Origin: Batkoa obscura
Lineage: Eukaryota
NCBI GenBank assembly: GCA_030770535.1
Contig: JASVEC010000027.1
Location: 434,001-498,000, forward strand
Direction of reading: 5' to 3'
DNA: 64,000 nucleotides
A model generated the notes under the pieces. The model did not search any database. It was not told where the DNA came from and saw only the letters and a list, made by a program, of their open reading frames with translations. Below, piece by piece: positions 50,519-63,031 of the stretch; the first letter of the stretch is position 1; each line of letters starts with the position of its first letter. Both the position numbers and the translations under genes were made by a program.

Positions 50519-51874
50519 TCATCCATCATTAAGTTCCAATAATTTTAATTTAACTTCATCCGACAAATTAAAATCCAAATAATCTTCATTATTAGGATAA
50601 AGATTAAACACTTGTATCTTTGGACAATTAGAAACTATTAATTCAATAGTTTGTTCTATATTACCTTTACAATCACTCAATGAAACACTTGTCAAATTGG
50701 AACTTTTGATTGGGTTAATTGATGCTAAATTATAACTCAAATTCTTTTCATTTATAAACACACATTTAGCCAGACATAATATACTCAATATTGGATAACA
50801 TGTAATTAAATTTCTCAAAAACAAATTCGTTATAGAAACATTAGTAATTGTTAAACTAATTAAATTACTACACCTCAACTCATGATTATACGTTAGACTT
50901 AATTTAGGATCACAAAAGATATCTTCCGCTAATTCAAAATTAGTTAAATTGGGCAAATTGAATATCAAATATAATTTATAATCATTTAAATTTTGACAAA
51001 AGCTTATGGATAAGATTCGTAACTTTGGAAATGTAACTTTAGAAATTTCGATATATTGTAAATTTTGGGCAAAAAATCGAATCTTGGTGACTTGAGAGGT
51101 ACCTTTCACTGTCATATCTCCATTGTTATATAAATATAACTCCTTTAATTGAGGGAGGTTATTTAAGTTCAATATATACTCTTCATTACAATAAGATTGA
51201 TTGGCGATATTTAAACTTACTAATAAATTAAAGGGCTTATTGAGGAGCTTCTTTAAATCATACTCAATTAAATCAAAATAAATACTCAATCTTTTTAAAT
51301 TTGTTCTATTTTTCAATATTTTTTCAATGATCGGGTTGTGATAGCCTATATATGAAATTAAACAAAACTCATTGATAGTCGTTGGGAGGTTTGTCATTAT
51401 TTCATCAAATAAATAATCATCAATATCTTCAGCTCGAAAATAAGTTATATTCTTAAATAGTTCCTTAAAACATATGTTATTTTTATTCGTATAATCTTCA
51501 ATCGGTAAATTATTAATACTCTTTTTATAATCTATCATAGTCACATTAAACTCTTTGTACTCCTTTATATTAACTAGATACTCATCCAATGTAAAATGAA
51601 TTGTTTTAACGTTGATTAGATACTCTTTATACTCCAAATACATTGCATCCTTTACGTACAGCCTCTTAATAAATGGTCCATACTTTTTTAATATTTTTAA
51701 CATAATTTTATTGTCTTCATCCGAGGTAAAATTGAGATCAAAACTCTCTATTAATAACGGTAATATCACGGAATGCCATCCTTTATTTACAGCAGCTAAT
51801 CGGAACCTATAACTTTTGTCAAGATGAGACAAGATCTCTTTCAATATTAAATCAGGAAGTAAATTTAATTGCAT
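50519..51874 (-). CDS. F-box / LRR (RNI-like) protein
   Basis: N-terminal LPDLILKEILSHL...AVNKGW F-box, multiple LxxLxL repeats, intronless. Confidence 0.85.
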   Translation of the reverse strand: MQLNLLPDLILKEILSHLDKSYRFRLAAVNKGWHSVILPLLIESFDLNFTSDEDNKIMLKILKKYGPFIKRLYVKDAMYLEYKEYLINVKTIHFTLDEYLVNIKEYKEFNVTMIDYKKSINNLPIEDYTNKNNICFKELFKNITYFRAEDIDDYLFDEIMTNLPTTINEFCLISYIGYHNPIIEKILKNRTNLKRLSIYFDLIEYDLKKLLNKPFNLLVSLNIANQSYCNEEYILNLNNLPQLKELYLYNNGDMTVKGTSQVTKIRFFAQNLQYIEISKVTFPKLRILSISFCQNLNDYKLYLIFNLPNLTNFELAEDIFCDPKLSLTYNHELRCSNLISLTITNVSITNLFLRNLITCYPILSILCLAKCVFINEKNLSYNLASINPIKSSNLTSVSLSDCKGNIEQTIELIVSNCPKIQVFNLYPNNEDYLDFNLSDEVKLKLLELNDG

Positions 51875-53935
51875 TTTGGTTAAAAAAAAGTCGACTTTAA
51901 GTCTAGATTAGTTCTTTAATCTTTTTTTGAAACTCCGAATTCATTTGTTGAAGTATTATTGGTTCAAATTTTTCATATTGCATCACCTAAAATTAAATCA
52001 TATTTTTTATAAAAAGAGCAAGCTGAGTTGAAGGGTTTTGTGATTATTATTGAGTGGATGGGAATCAAAATTAATCCATGCATTGTTCTTTAGTCACCTT
52101 CTATTCCTTTACAAAGAGTTTAATTTAAAAAACTGTTGTATAGCCAGATGGTGGTAAAAATGGTGTAATAATTATAAAATCAGAGTTGAAACTTTAAATT
52201 TAACAGTAATAGAAGTTATTTAGTTGATGTTACTTCTTTAGCGTATTTATATTATTTATAATCTTTTTGATAGTAAGATTTATGTTATCAAGGAGTAATA
52301 TAAAGTTAGTATATTGGTAATAATTCTATCAATAACTTCTAACATCAAATAATTTAAAAGTAATATCGCATTTAAAGCAAGCCATTAATTTTTATGTTGT
52401 AATATTTACAATGTTATAGTAATTAATTTAATAATTCAACAATGATTTTGATAATTATATGATAAGAATTCATTATTAAAATATGCTTTACAGCTTTTAT
52501 TTGCTTTTGTTTAGATTAACTATTTATATAAAAAGCTTATTTTGTTTTAAATTTTTTTTATATAAAACTTTAAATTAAAAAATTCATAAAGAAATATCTT
52601 ATTAAATTTGTTAAAAATACTAATCTAATATATAGTATGTTTCTATACACTTTTAATAAAAAATTCAATTAATAATAAATACAAAAAAAAATCAATAGTG
52701 TTTATTTCAATTGTTAAAGTTGTATCAATATGAAATAGTAATAAGAGAGAATAGCTTTGGAATTCGACTTACAAAAAAATAGATTAAATTAACTATGATT
52801 ATTCAAATAATTTTATAATTAATCTATATATTATAATCCTTACTTTATTCCATTGTAACGGAAAATATAGATATTAAAATACTTTTTTTTATTAAGAAAT
52901 ACTAGTTTATTTTAAGAAGATTTCATTTATTAAAAAAACTATTATTTCTATCAAATATACTTTTCAACTCAATAACTCAATACTATTCATTCTATTGAAA
53001 TAACTAAATACTCTATTTAGAACCGTAATTTAAAGATATCATCCCTTTATTCTATATAATATTACTATCACCTTAACAATCTTTCACTTTAAAATCCAGA
53101 TTCTATTTCCAAAGGAATCATTATCTCTCTTTATTCACAATTGATCATTATTGACCTCAAAACTCAACTATTATTCCAAAAATTTCAGTAGTTCAACTAA
53201 CTAAAATAAAATAAAAATCCCTTTTATCCCTTAAATTCCAACTTACTAAAAATAGTGAAACTAGGGACTTATTACTATTTTAATATGATACAATTTCTAT
53301 GCATCAAACATTGATATGTTATCAATAGGTTTAAATTGGATGGATTCTATTCCATGGCATTAAATATTATTAAATTAAATAATATTTTTGGGATGTACAT
53401 TATTGAAGGAAAAGGATGTTTATCTCCATAATATTAAGTAATAATAATATATTAAAATCGAGATTTTTATTTTTATTATTCTTGATAAGAAAAACAAATT
53501 TTTAACATTCGAGTTTTTATTATTGAATAGCCTCCTTTACTACTCTCGGTAACTGGGAATGTGATTATAGTTTTAAAATTAACTAAATTAAAATAATATC
53601 TCAAAAGGTGGCGTTATTATGCATTATTTTAATAGGTATACTTGCCATATTAAATATTATTTTATTTTTAGAATTTAATTTATTATATTTGGTTTGGTTT
53701 GATGTTTTACTATATAAAATATAATGAAAATAAATGTATTTTTAGAACATTTAATATACTATAGATTCTGGGGTAATTCTTAGTTGAAAATAAAAGCAAG
53801 ATAATGCTACGTATACCGAGTCTACAAAGGAATATAAAAAGACCATCAACGTACTACAATTTTATCACAAAACAAAAACAAAAACAAAAGCAAAAGCAAA
53901 AACAAAATTATATTGTATAATCAAATCCAAAAAGA

Positions 53936-55096
53936 ATGCAACTCTTGTCATTAGTTCAAATAATATTATCTGTAGCTACCATCCAAGCACTTGATCTTAA
54001 CCTTGATCTTCTTAATAATCAAAACTACTATGATTACCCCAATCCTCCTTATGGTCGTCCTATAAAAACGGTTACTGCTACATTGACAAAAACTGAAACT
54101 GAGACATGTACTACTACCGTGACTAAACAACCAATTATTAGTACAGTTTATCAACCAACTACAGTAATTCAAACTACTACAATTAGTAATAAACCAGTGA
54201 CTTCTACTGTTCGTACCTCCATTTATATTACAAAATATAAAACCTCTTTTGTTCCTACCACCACCACTTGTTATGAAACATTAACAAAAACAACCACTGT
54301 GTCAAATAAGCCAACTTCTTGTTATCCAAATACCGTTACTAAGACCAATGTCATTACATCTTATGTCCCAACTACTTCTTATGCTACACAAACCAGTATC
54401 TTAACCTCCATCCATTACTCCACCATTACCAATACTGCTACTTCAACTGTTATTCAAACTTCCGTTATCCCAACCACTATTACCTATGTTTCCACTATTC
54501 AAATACCCACCACAATTACCCAAACTCAATATTCCACTCAGACTTCTACTGTTAATGTACCCACTACTGTTTTATTAACTAAAACTATCACTTCTACTGT
54601 ACAAAATACAAACACTATTTATCCAACTAGTACAGTGACTATTACTAGTACTAAAAGTGAATATCAAACTATTACTAATACTCAAACACAAGTGATTACT
54701 AAGACTGAAAGTACTTGTAATACATCGAATACTAGTTCATCAGTAAGTTCCACTCAATCAACTACTTCAACTTATGCTACTACTACTCCAGTTACTACTA
54801 AACCTTCCACTACCTCAAGTATAAACTCTACTACTTCTACTTCTTCCACTCCAGTTACTACTAAACCTTCCACTTCTACTACCCCTGCTTATCCCACGTA
54901 TGATACTAAACCTGTACCATCATCTTCTAGTAGTAGTAAGACTACTCCTACATATACTAAGCCAACTCCTACATATACTAAGCCAACTCCTACATATACC
55001 AAGCCAACTCCTACATATACCAAGCCAACTCCTACATATACCAAGCCAACACCAAGCTATAGTAAACCTAGTTATGGGTATCCAACTTATTATTAA
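53936..55096 (+). CDS. Secreted Thr-rich mucin/adhesin-like protein with a TKPTPTY repeat tail
   Basis: Signal-peptide-like N-terminus, Thr/Ser/Val-rich body, 21-bp tandem repeats at ~54945-55060. Confidence 0.85.
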   Translation: MQLLSLVQIILSVATIQALDLNLDLLNNQNYYDYPNPPYGRPIKTVTATLTKTETETCTTTVTKQPIISTVYQPTTVIQTTTISNKPVTSTVRTSIYITKYKTSFVPTTTTCYETLTKTTTVSNKPTSCYPNTVTKTNVITSYVPTTSYATQTSILTSIHYSTITNTATSTVIQTSVIPTTITYVSTIQIPTTITQTQYSTQTSTVNVPTTVLLTKTITSTVQNTNTIYPTSTVTITSTKSEYQTITNTQTQVITKTESTCNTSNTSSSVSSTQSTTSTYATTTPVTTKPSTTSSINSTTSTSSTPVTTKPSTSTTPAYPTYDTKPVPSSSSSSKTTPTYTKPTPTYTKPTPTYTKPTPTYTKPTPTYTKPTPSYSKPSYGYPTYY

Positions 55097-55444
55097 ATAA
55101 GTAATAAATAAAATATTTGAATCTTTAACATGTGGAATTATCAGTTTTTAAATATTATTTACTTTAGCGCATTTTTTTAATATTTTATAAGCAGTAGGAT
55201 TATGCTTTAGTTAACGAATAATAATAATTGAGATATATGAAGTATTTATTAATATTAAGAGATTTGTCCATTAATAGAATGTTCTGATATAATATGTAAG
55301 TGATGAGTTTATTTATCTCCTTTTTATATAAAAAGTAGATATCAAAAAAACAATGGTTGAAATTTGGTTCTTTAAAGTTATTATTATCAGATTAATAAGG
55401 TCAAGGAATTGATAATAATTGATTAAAGAAAGATTTTATATTAT

Positions 55445-55542
55445 AGGGATGTTTTTTTTGACTTCATCACTTTTTTCATCTTTTAAGCACTATTTGAGCG
55501 GGAAAAGTGCTAGTAAATTCTTAAACACAAAAATACATCCTC
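55445..55542. mobile_element. MITE family A
   Basis: AGGGATG...CATCCTC. Confidence 0.85.
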
Positions 55543-55904
55543 ATATATCATATTTAGCTTACTTAAAATATATAACTATTATCACTGTAGTCAAGTGGTA
55601 ATATTTGTATTTATTCCCTTTAATTATTATATCTAAATTCATTATTTTTTTGAAACTCTTTTTTAATATTAGCTCATTATTGATGTTTTTGAAAATCTTC
55701 ATACAAGTAACAAAGTAATAAAAAGATTGCAATAGCTACTGCATCAGTTTTAGGAATCAGTACTAAACTTACCATTGTTTTTAGATAATAATAACGTTGG
55801 CTGCTGCAACCAACAATATTTTATTAAATATGGGTATGAAGTTGTCTAGCATAGAAAAACGGATTTAATATAAAAATTGGTATTCTAAAAAATTTGATTT
55901 TTTT

Positions 55905-56072
55905 TACAGCTACTGAAACTCTATTGTGACTTGTATAACTATTGGTTTAAGAATATAATCAAGCTAAAATCAAGGTATAATCTTAAGATTAAGGTTAAAA
56001 TAAATAAATAAACAAATAATTAGTACTAAAAATTAGTACAAATTAAGTCACAATACAGTTACAGCAGCTGTA
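55905..56072. mobile_element. MITE family B
   Basis: TA-CAGCTACTGAAACTCTATTGTGACTT...AAGTCACAATACAGTTACAGCAGCTG-TA. Confidence 0.7.
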
Positions 56073-56505
56073 ATGTTTGTTTGGAATTTCAAAATCAAAT
56101 TTCAATTAGAATAATTAATTAGACTATTGGAGAATATGGGAAATATGTGATGAGGATAACAACTTTACTTAATAGAATAGAATCAACATAAATTATAACA
56201 ATGAATATATATAAAATGAATTATTTAAAAGGAAGCTAATATAACACTTTAACTAATATTGAAAAAAAGTGACTATAAATTGAACCCTTAATCAGAAACT
56301 ACTGTTTGACATTAAAACTACTCTACTTACTAAATAAGTCCATAAATGACTTGAATTCCCATTAAAGAACTCATTTCAAAGTGTAACTGAAATCCTCAAG
56401 TTTGAGCTTAATTTTGAATTTCTAAACCAATAGAAGTAAGCCCCTCAATTAGATAAATTGTACCAAAATAAAAGCTTTCTTTTTTTTTGTATTTATTTTT
56501 TAACA

Positions 56506-58113
56506 ATGAATCCATCTAATATTAAAGAAGGACCACTAAGCAATAAACGACGATTAGATATTAATAACAAATTAAAGGAAAATGTAATGGAAAATAATAA
56601 TCGAGATATGATAATGATTAAAAAGAGTAAATATGAATTAATTACTAATACTTCTTCTTCTTCTTTTCAAGCTTCAAGCCCATTCAATAATCTACCTGAT
56701 CCAGTATGGGATCGATTAATACAATATCTTCCCTTTAATACAATGGCACAAGCAAGTCAAGTAAGCAAAAATTGGCGTTATCAAATCAATCCTTATTTAT
56801 GGAAAAAACCAAGTTATCAATGGTATTTAAAGATTATCAAAGAGGATTCATTTGTTAAAAATATTACGCATTATCAATCTAATATAAGAAATATTGATTG
56901 TATTAATATTGAACCAAGGTTACTTTCTAAAGCAGTGGGATTATGTCATAATTTAGAAGCATTAGCATTGAATTGTTCAATGCCTACAGTTTGGAAGGAT
57001 CAAGAGTTAGTTGAGGTTTTAAGTCATCAACATCTAAGATATAAATTAAAACATTTAGCTATTTTTAATTTAAATTTAGAGTTTTCAAAATGGAAAGAAT
57101 TAAGTGAAATAATTTGTTTTATGAGAAATTTAATATTTTTAACACTACCACCTAATTTCCCTTATAATACAGCATTTAAGAATTTACCAACTTCGTTAAA
57201 GTTTTTAAATTGTTCATTAGATAATGAAAGTTATTTAAATTTATTAAGTTTAGACTTAAATAATTTTATTGGACTAACAATGAATTTTAATATATATTTA
57301 AATATATCTTTAGAAAATTTATTATTAAAATTAAAAAAGTTAACTACTTTATCTTTAGAAGGAAACGGATATATCTCGAAATTAAATCATTTGATTAATC
57401 CCAAATTATTAACAGGATTAAAAATTAATATTAATACCAATAAAGAGGATTTATTAATTCTATTAAGAAAATGTAGGAATTTAGTTCATGTAGAATTTTG
57501 TAATATATGTTGTGATGATCGAACTATTAAACTATTGTTACGACATAATTTTAATTTAAAAGTATTAAAAGTAATCAACACTTCTATAACTACATCAGGA
57601 ATTGCAAGTATTTTTAAAAGTAAAGCTAAAATTCAACAATTAGAACTTCAATGTCATCATGAAAATTGTGGACCTTATAATTTAGAATTAGATAAATGTG
57701 AATTTTTATATCAATTAAAAGAATTAAATATAAATTTAACTTTATATTTATCAATTAAAATATTGAAAGCATTAAAATTCATGAAATCTTTAGTTAATTT
57801 TCAATTCTTACTTTCTTTCAATCAATTAGGTAATATTGATTGTCATTCTATCTTTACTCCTTCTTTACCTTATCTTGCTTTTTTCCCAATTACTATTCAA
57901 TTAGATTATTTGATGAATAATTGGCCAACTTACTTTAAATTTCAATGTTATACATTAACTAAATTTCATATTCAATTAAAAGGAAATGAGTTATTTATGA
58001 AACTATATAAAAAAAAAATGATTGAGTTGTTTAAGTTAGCATTAAAAGTTTCACCTTGTATATTGAAACCCATGCTATTATATCAAGAGGAAGTAGTTTA
58101 TCCAGAGTTTTAA
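56506..58113 (+). CDS. F-box / LRR (RNI-like) protein
   Basis: First ATG at 56506. FNNLPDPVWDRLIQYL...QVSKNW F-box followed by LRRs. Confidence 0.85.
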   Translation: MNPSNIKEGPLSNKRRLDINNKLKENVMENNNRDMIMIKKSKYELITNTSSSSFQASSPFNNLPDPVWDRLIQYLPFNTMAQASQVSKNWRYQINPYLWKKPSYQWYLKIIKEDSFVKNITHYQSNIRNIDCINIEPRLLSKAVGLCHNLEALALNCSMPTVWKDQELVEVLSHQHLRYKLKHLAIFNLNLEFSKWKELSEIICFMRNLIFLTLPPNFPYNTAFKNLPTSLKFLNCSLDNESYLNLLSLDLNNFIGLTMNFNIYLNISLENLLLKLKKLTTLSLEGNGYISKLNHLINPKLLTGLKININTNKEDLLILLRKCRNLVHVEFCNICCDDRTIKLLLRHNFNLKVLKVINTSITTSGIASIFKSKAKIQQLELQCHHENCGPYNLELDKCEFLYQLKELNINLTLYLSIKILKALKFMKSLVNFQFLLSFNQLGNIDCHSIFTPSLPYLAFFPITIQLDYLMNNWPTYFKFQCYTLTKFHIQLKGNELFMKLYKKKMIELFKLALKVSPCILKPMLLYQEEVVYPEF

Positions 58114-58849
58114 AAATAGTTGAAGAAGTTTATTAAAAAAGAGCTTATTTATCAAGGTTATATTGTTTTCAATTATTAAAAGATATAATTTACTTAGAAT
58201 TGAATGGGTTTAGAAAGGATATTGAATCTGATATTTTATGTTATAATTGTTAGTTGAATTATTTTATTAAAATAAAATAATATGTTTTTAGGGTTAATAA
58301 TATATTGTATTCTATGTTTCTTATATTCTTATGAATTTAAAATTAATGATTTATTAAATAACCTATAATAATAAGTAATAATTCATGGTTTTTCTAATTA
58401 ACTTCACTTCTTGATTGATAAAATGTATATTTAAGAACTAAGAGGGAATATAGATAAGGTTGAAATTGTATGATTAACACAAATACTCTTTATTTGAGTT
58501 ATTTATGTTCTAATAATAATTGAATTTAATTATTTCAATAGAAATAAAAAATAAAAAATAAAAAAGATTAATATCATAAATAATACTTACTTTATAGAAT
58601 TAATATTATTAATTAAACATTATCTTTAAACTAAAAATATGTGATAAAATTAAAGCCCATTTTAATAAAATAAATAAAAAACCAGTCTTAACTAATCTTA
58701 ACTTCATTTCATCAATATTGTGCATCTTCTCCCTTAATTTTTAAATTAAATTAAATTAAATTAATATCAATTTACATTTATTTTTATAAGATATAAATAT
58801 ATATAAATAAAAATAGATTTTGATTCTCTTTAAATACAGTCCTCCTTTT

Positions 58850-59423
58850 TTACAACCTTTCCTCTTCAATTTTTTCCAATACACCAGCCACTTGTTCCAT
58901 TTCTCTTTCAATGACTCTAGACCAATGCTGTACATCTCCTAATTCCTATTATTATTATTAAATAAAAACATTCTAAATCCAAAGCTTGTTTTTATAAATA
59001 TAAATAATAGCTCAATTACCTTTAAAGCGTCATTAAATTGATTAATCATTGTTGACCATTGAGAAGCTTGTTTTTGCAATAAATTAGCTTGTTGTAAAGC
59101 TTGAGTTATTTCTTTATAATCTAAATTTTTTTGTTTTTTTAATATATCAGATACTCTAAAAATAATAATTAGTTAACATTTAACATTTAACATTTTATAA
59201 AAATTTTATTTATCTTCATTGTTATTACCTTTCATTTAATTTCTCGGATAAATGTTCACTGCTTTCTTTAATAGCTAATTTAGCGTCTTTACGAAGTTGA
59301 GCTAATAAAGTAAAGGTTAATGGAAAGTGAAAGGAATTGATAAAGGTTACCATTAGTTAATTTGAGTTTGGATTGACGAAGTTGATGTTCTTTTAATAAT
59401 TGAGATAGCGTTTCTTCACCCAT
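58850..59423 (-). CDS. BLOC1S1: BLOC-1 subunit 1 (BLOS1/GCN5L1), 4 exons
   Basis: Spliced MGEETLSQLLKEHQ...QASQWSTMINQFNDALK|ELGDVQHWSRVIEREM matches the family motif ALKEIGDVENW. Missed by the ORF track. Confidence 0.85.
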
Positions 59424-59614
59424 TATTAATATTAATAATTCAAAAAAATAATTAACTCAAGAAAAAAAAATCCCGTTTAAGTTGAATTCATCATTAATTT
59501 TAACCAATCCAATCAAAGTATTTATGAGTTTGAAAATTAATAAGAAATATTCAATGTAAATATTTTTGTATATTTTTTGAATTTTTGTATAAAATAAAAA
59601 TCAAATTTAAACAA

Positions 59615-60243
59615 ATGGGCAAGAAAGAGAAATTAAAAAAAGGAAAAAAAACAATTGAAAATAAAGAAATTTTATTAAGAATGAATTTTTTATATCAAGC
59701 TAGTAGTTTAATGAGTAATATTGATATTAAATATCCCCAAAAAGAGGATTCAAAAGGATTAGAAGATAAATCAACTAAATTAAAAGGAAGAAAATTAACT
59801 GGTCTATCTAGAGTGTATTTAAGTAATTTAAAATCAATATCTAAAAAACTGGTTATTAGAATGTAAGCTTCAGTTAATATATAACTAATTAATAAATAAA
59901 AGAATAGTCTAAGTTTTAACGATTGAATCTTAAATTTTAGGGATCCAGCCATTAAACGAAGCATTTGTAAACGATGTAATAGTAATTTGATTGTTGGTAA
60001 AACATGCAGTATTAAAGCAATAGGTAATTTAATTTATCATCTAGTTTCATAGTTGTTTTCTTTTTATTTAAAGTAATAATTTGTTTATTTTCATTAATAA
60101 TAGAACCTAATGACAAAGAAGGGGAAAGAAAGAAATATATAAAATTGGAATATACTTGTCAGTTTTGTTATTATAAAAAAAGTTATTTACAAAATCCAGA
60201 ATATCAATTATTTGGTGATAAGAAGGAAAATAGATTGGAATAA
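59615..60243 (+). CDS. RPR2: RNase P subunit Rpr2/Rpp21, 3 exons
   Basis: RMNFLYQAS, ISKKLVIRM|DPAIKRSICKRC, YTCQFC zinc ligands. Stop at 60241-60243. Confidence 0.87.
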
Positions 60244-60957
60244 CTGAAATTTAATATAGAACGTTATTTATGTTGAAACGTAATAATTTTTGATTAATAA
60301 TAATAATTTGTTGTTTCAATTGGATTTTATAGTTACTTCTTTATAAATTGATTATTTGTACTTTATTCTTATACAAAATTTTGTATTATTGTTTATTAAT
60401 TATAGACGTGCAAAAAGTTATATGAAGTATTGGAAAACTAATTGTTATTTCAATAGTAAAACTCTAATGGATTCAAAAGTAAATATGAATAATCATACTA
60501 GATCGTAAAATAGATTTATATAAAAAAAAGTAATAAATCTAGATCTAAATGTTAAAATCATTGTTATCTAGAGTTGAACTTATATTATTAAAATAGTTTC
60601 TATTAAAAAAAAAGTGTAAAATAAACTATTTAGTGTATAAAAAAAGGTGTTTGTATTATCATTTTATATTTAATATTATTATTTTTTAGTTTATTAATTA
60701 AAACTATTATGTTTATGTAGATAATTTTGATTTTATTATTAATAAATATACCTAAACGAATTAATCCTAGTATGTATAATAGTTGTAATTATAAATAAAA
60801 ACTTATAACAATGTTTATTATATTAATTTATTACTATATATTTTAAAAAATCCTTTTATTATAATTTTAAAATTGCATAAATTAGCATAAAACTAGTATA
60901 AAATTTAAAAAATTTTAGCTGGAAATTAATCAAGCTTGCAAATTAATTTTGATATAT

Positions 60958-61053
60958 GGGGATGCATTTTTGTGTTTAAGAATTTTACTACCAATTTTTC
61001 GCTCGAATAGCGCTTAAAAGATGGAAAATGATGAAGCCAAAAAAAACACCCCC
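60958..61053. mobile_element. MITE family A
   Basis: GGGGATG...CACCCCC, ATAT flanks. Confidence 0.9.
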
Positions 61054-61496
61054 ATATACCTTTTTAAAATATTAATAATTTTTATGCTATTTAGTATATC
61101 TTTATTCAACTTTTTATAGTCTAATGTTGATTTTATTATGTATTTATTTTAGTTTCAAAAATAATTATAAATCCTAACACACTTGTAATACAAACATTAA
61201 CTTACCATTTTAAAAATATAATAAGTAATTTCATTATAAAAATGTTAATTAAAAAAAGATGAAGCTAAAAAGAGATTAATCTTCACAAAAGATAGCGAAA
61301 TTTTTATTATAGTATAGCTAAAACCTGTTAAGAAGACAAAAGCAAGGAGTTTAAAATAGAATTATTGTTGTGGATCCTTTTGACTAGGGAGATCTTCAAT
61401 TTGATAAAGATCTGATTTAGATAACCATCGTATTTAAAGACTTATTTTTAATCGTTATGTTTGTATAAACTTATAAAAGTTATACAAATTTAATAT

Positions 61497-61594
61497 GGGG
61501 ATGTATTTTTTTGTTTAATAATTTTACTAACAATCTTTCCGCTTAAATAGCGCTTAAAAAATGGAAAAAATAATGAAGCTAAAAAAACACCCCT
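61497..61594. mobile_element. MITE family A
   Basis: GGGGATG...CACCCC. Confidence 0.88.
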
Positions 61595-61741
61595 ATTAAT
61601 CAAATGTTTTTTTATTTAAATTCATATATGATTTATAATCTATTTATAAATGTTCCTATATTGAACAAATTTAAAAACTTGCATAAAGTTGAAAATAAAA
61701 CTTTTAGTGGTTTATGTATAAAAAATGCGAAATCAGTATGT

Positions 61742-61840
61742 GGGGATGTATTTTTTTGCTTAGGAATTTTACTAACAATCTTTCCACTGAAATAGCGCTT
61801 AAAAGATGGAAAAAATAATGAAGCCAAAAAAAACATCTCT
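61742..61840. mobile_element. MITE family A
   Basis: Flanked by the 4-bp duplication ATGT. Confidence 0.88.
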
Positions 61841-63031
61841 ATGTGAATGCCGTTTTAGATCTTTTGTTCATCTTTTATCTAGTGTAAAATTTTAAATAAA
61901 TATAATTAAATGCTGAGACAAAGATGATGTTTGTATGATTTTTTATTCATTTTTGTTATTTTAAACATAACAAAAATCAATTATAAGAATAATACTCGGT
62001 ATTTATTTACAATATATTCGTATTAAAACCGGAAAATAATTCTACATTGGGTTCCAATTTTCCCATATTAAAATAACACATGTAAATGTTGTTTTTACTC
62101 AAAGATTTAACCAAGGGTTTTTTAAAATTTAAGCAGAGTAAAAGGTGAACAAAACTGTCAAAGGAAAAAGATACAGCTATATAAAAAAATAATGAAAATT
62201 TTAAGAAAGTTTACTATTTGTTTTCAACAATTTTTGAACTTTCTAAGAATAATAAACTCCATTAAACCCATTTTTCTGACTTATTGTACGTTACAATCTT
62301 TAATATTCACATTAATGTCTAAAGGTAGTAATTAAAGATCGTTATTTAAAACTAGAACATTATATGGTTCTCCAATTGTGAATCAAACACTATTATAAAT
62401 TTATTTTAAGGAATGACAGATGAACCCTGTTATTGTAGAGCCGAATTGAAATGCTAATAAAAAAGTCATTAATATGAGAATAACGCAACATAAAGAATGA
62501 TTTCAATATGATGTATGTATACACTAAGTTCAATCATTATGTAATTTTGAATTCGAAAAAGTTAAATTGGTTATACTTTTGTCTATTTTTTATTTATGGA
62601 AGTAACACTAACTCCATTCCTACTGTTTTCTAAATCTGTTAATATGGTTTTATTTATTGAATTGAATTCTTAAAGTTGTGCACCACAGCAAAGGAAATCT
62701 GAAACCAGTCCAATTACGCTTTGTTTTCCAGGGTGAAGAGTTACTTATACATACTATATTTAGACAAATCTACTCTGAATGGAATCAGATTCATAAACCC
62801 AATCATATTTTATATGCAAATGAAATGCGAAAATTGATTGGAATGCTCATCATTGACACAATGCACAAAGAATGATTAAAAATAAATACAATTAGGGAAT
62901 ACGTAAAAACAGCTGACTAAAAATCTCACTTTCAATCCCGAGGAAAAGAATTGTGTGAAAATGTATATAAATACTTTAAAGTCACTCATTTATTATTAAA
63001 TCTTAACAAATTTTATCTTTTTTTTTAAATT

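Noticed and set aside
16127..61836. Recurrent short ORFs with FPSFKRYLS-like peptides (16127, 40037, 47090, 47141, 47190, 55419, 61604, 61633)
   Set aside because: They are read-throughs of MITE family A, not a peptide family.
5560..61840. Classifying MITE A as Tc1/mariner with a TA TSD
   Set aside because: Copies at 16152 (AAAT) and 61742 (ATGT) show 4-bp duplications.
62678..62875. 65-aa ORF upstream of the aquaglyceroporin
   Set aside because: GTG start, no motif, and it lies in the probable promoter region.
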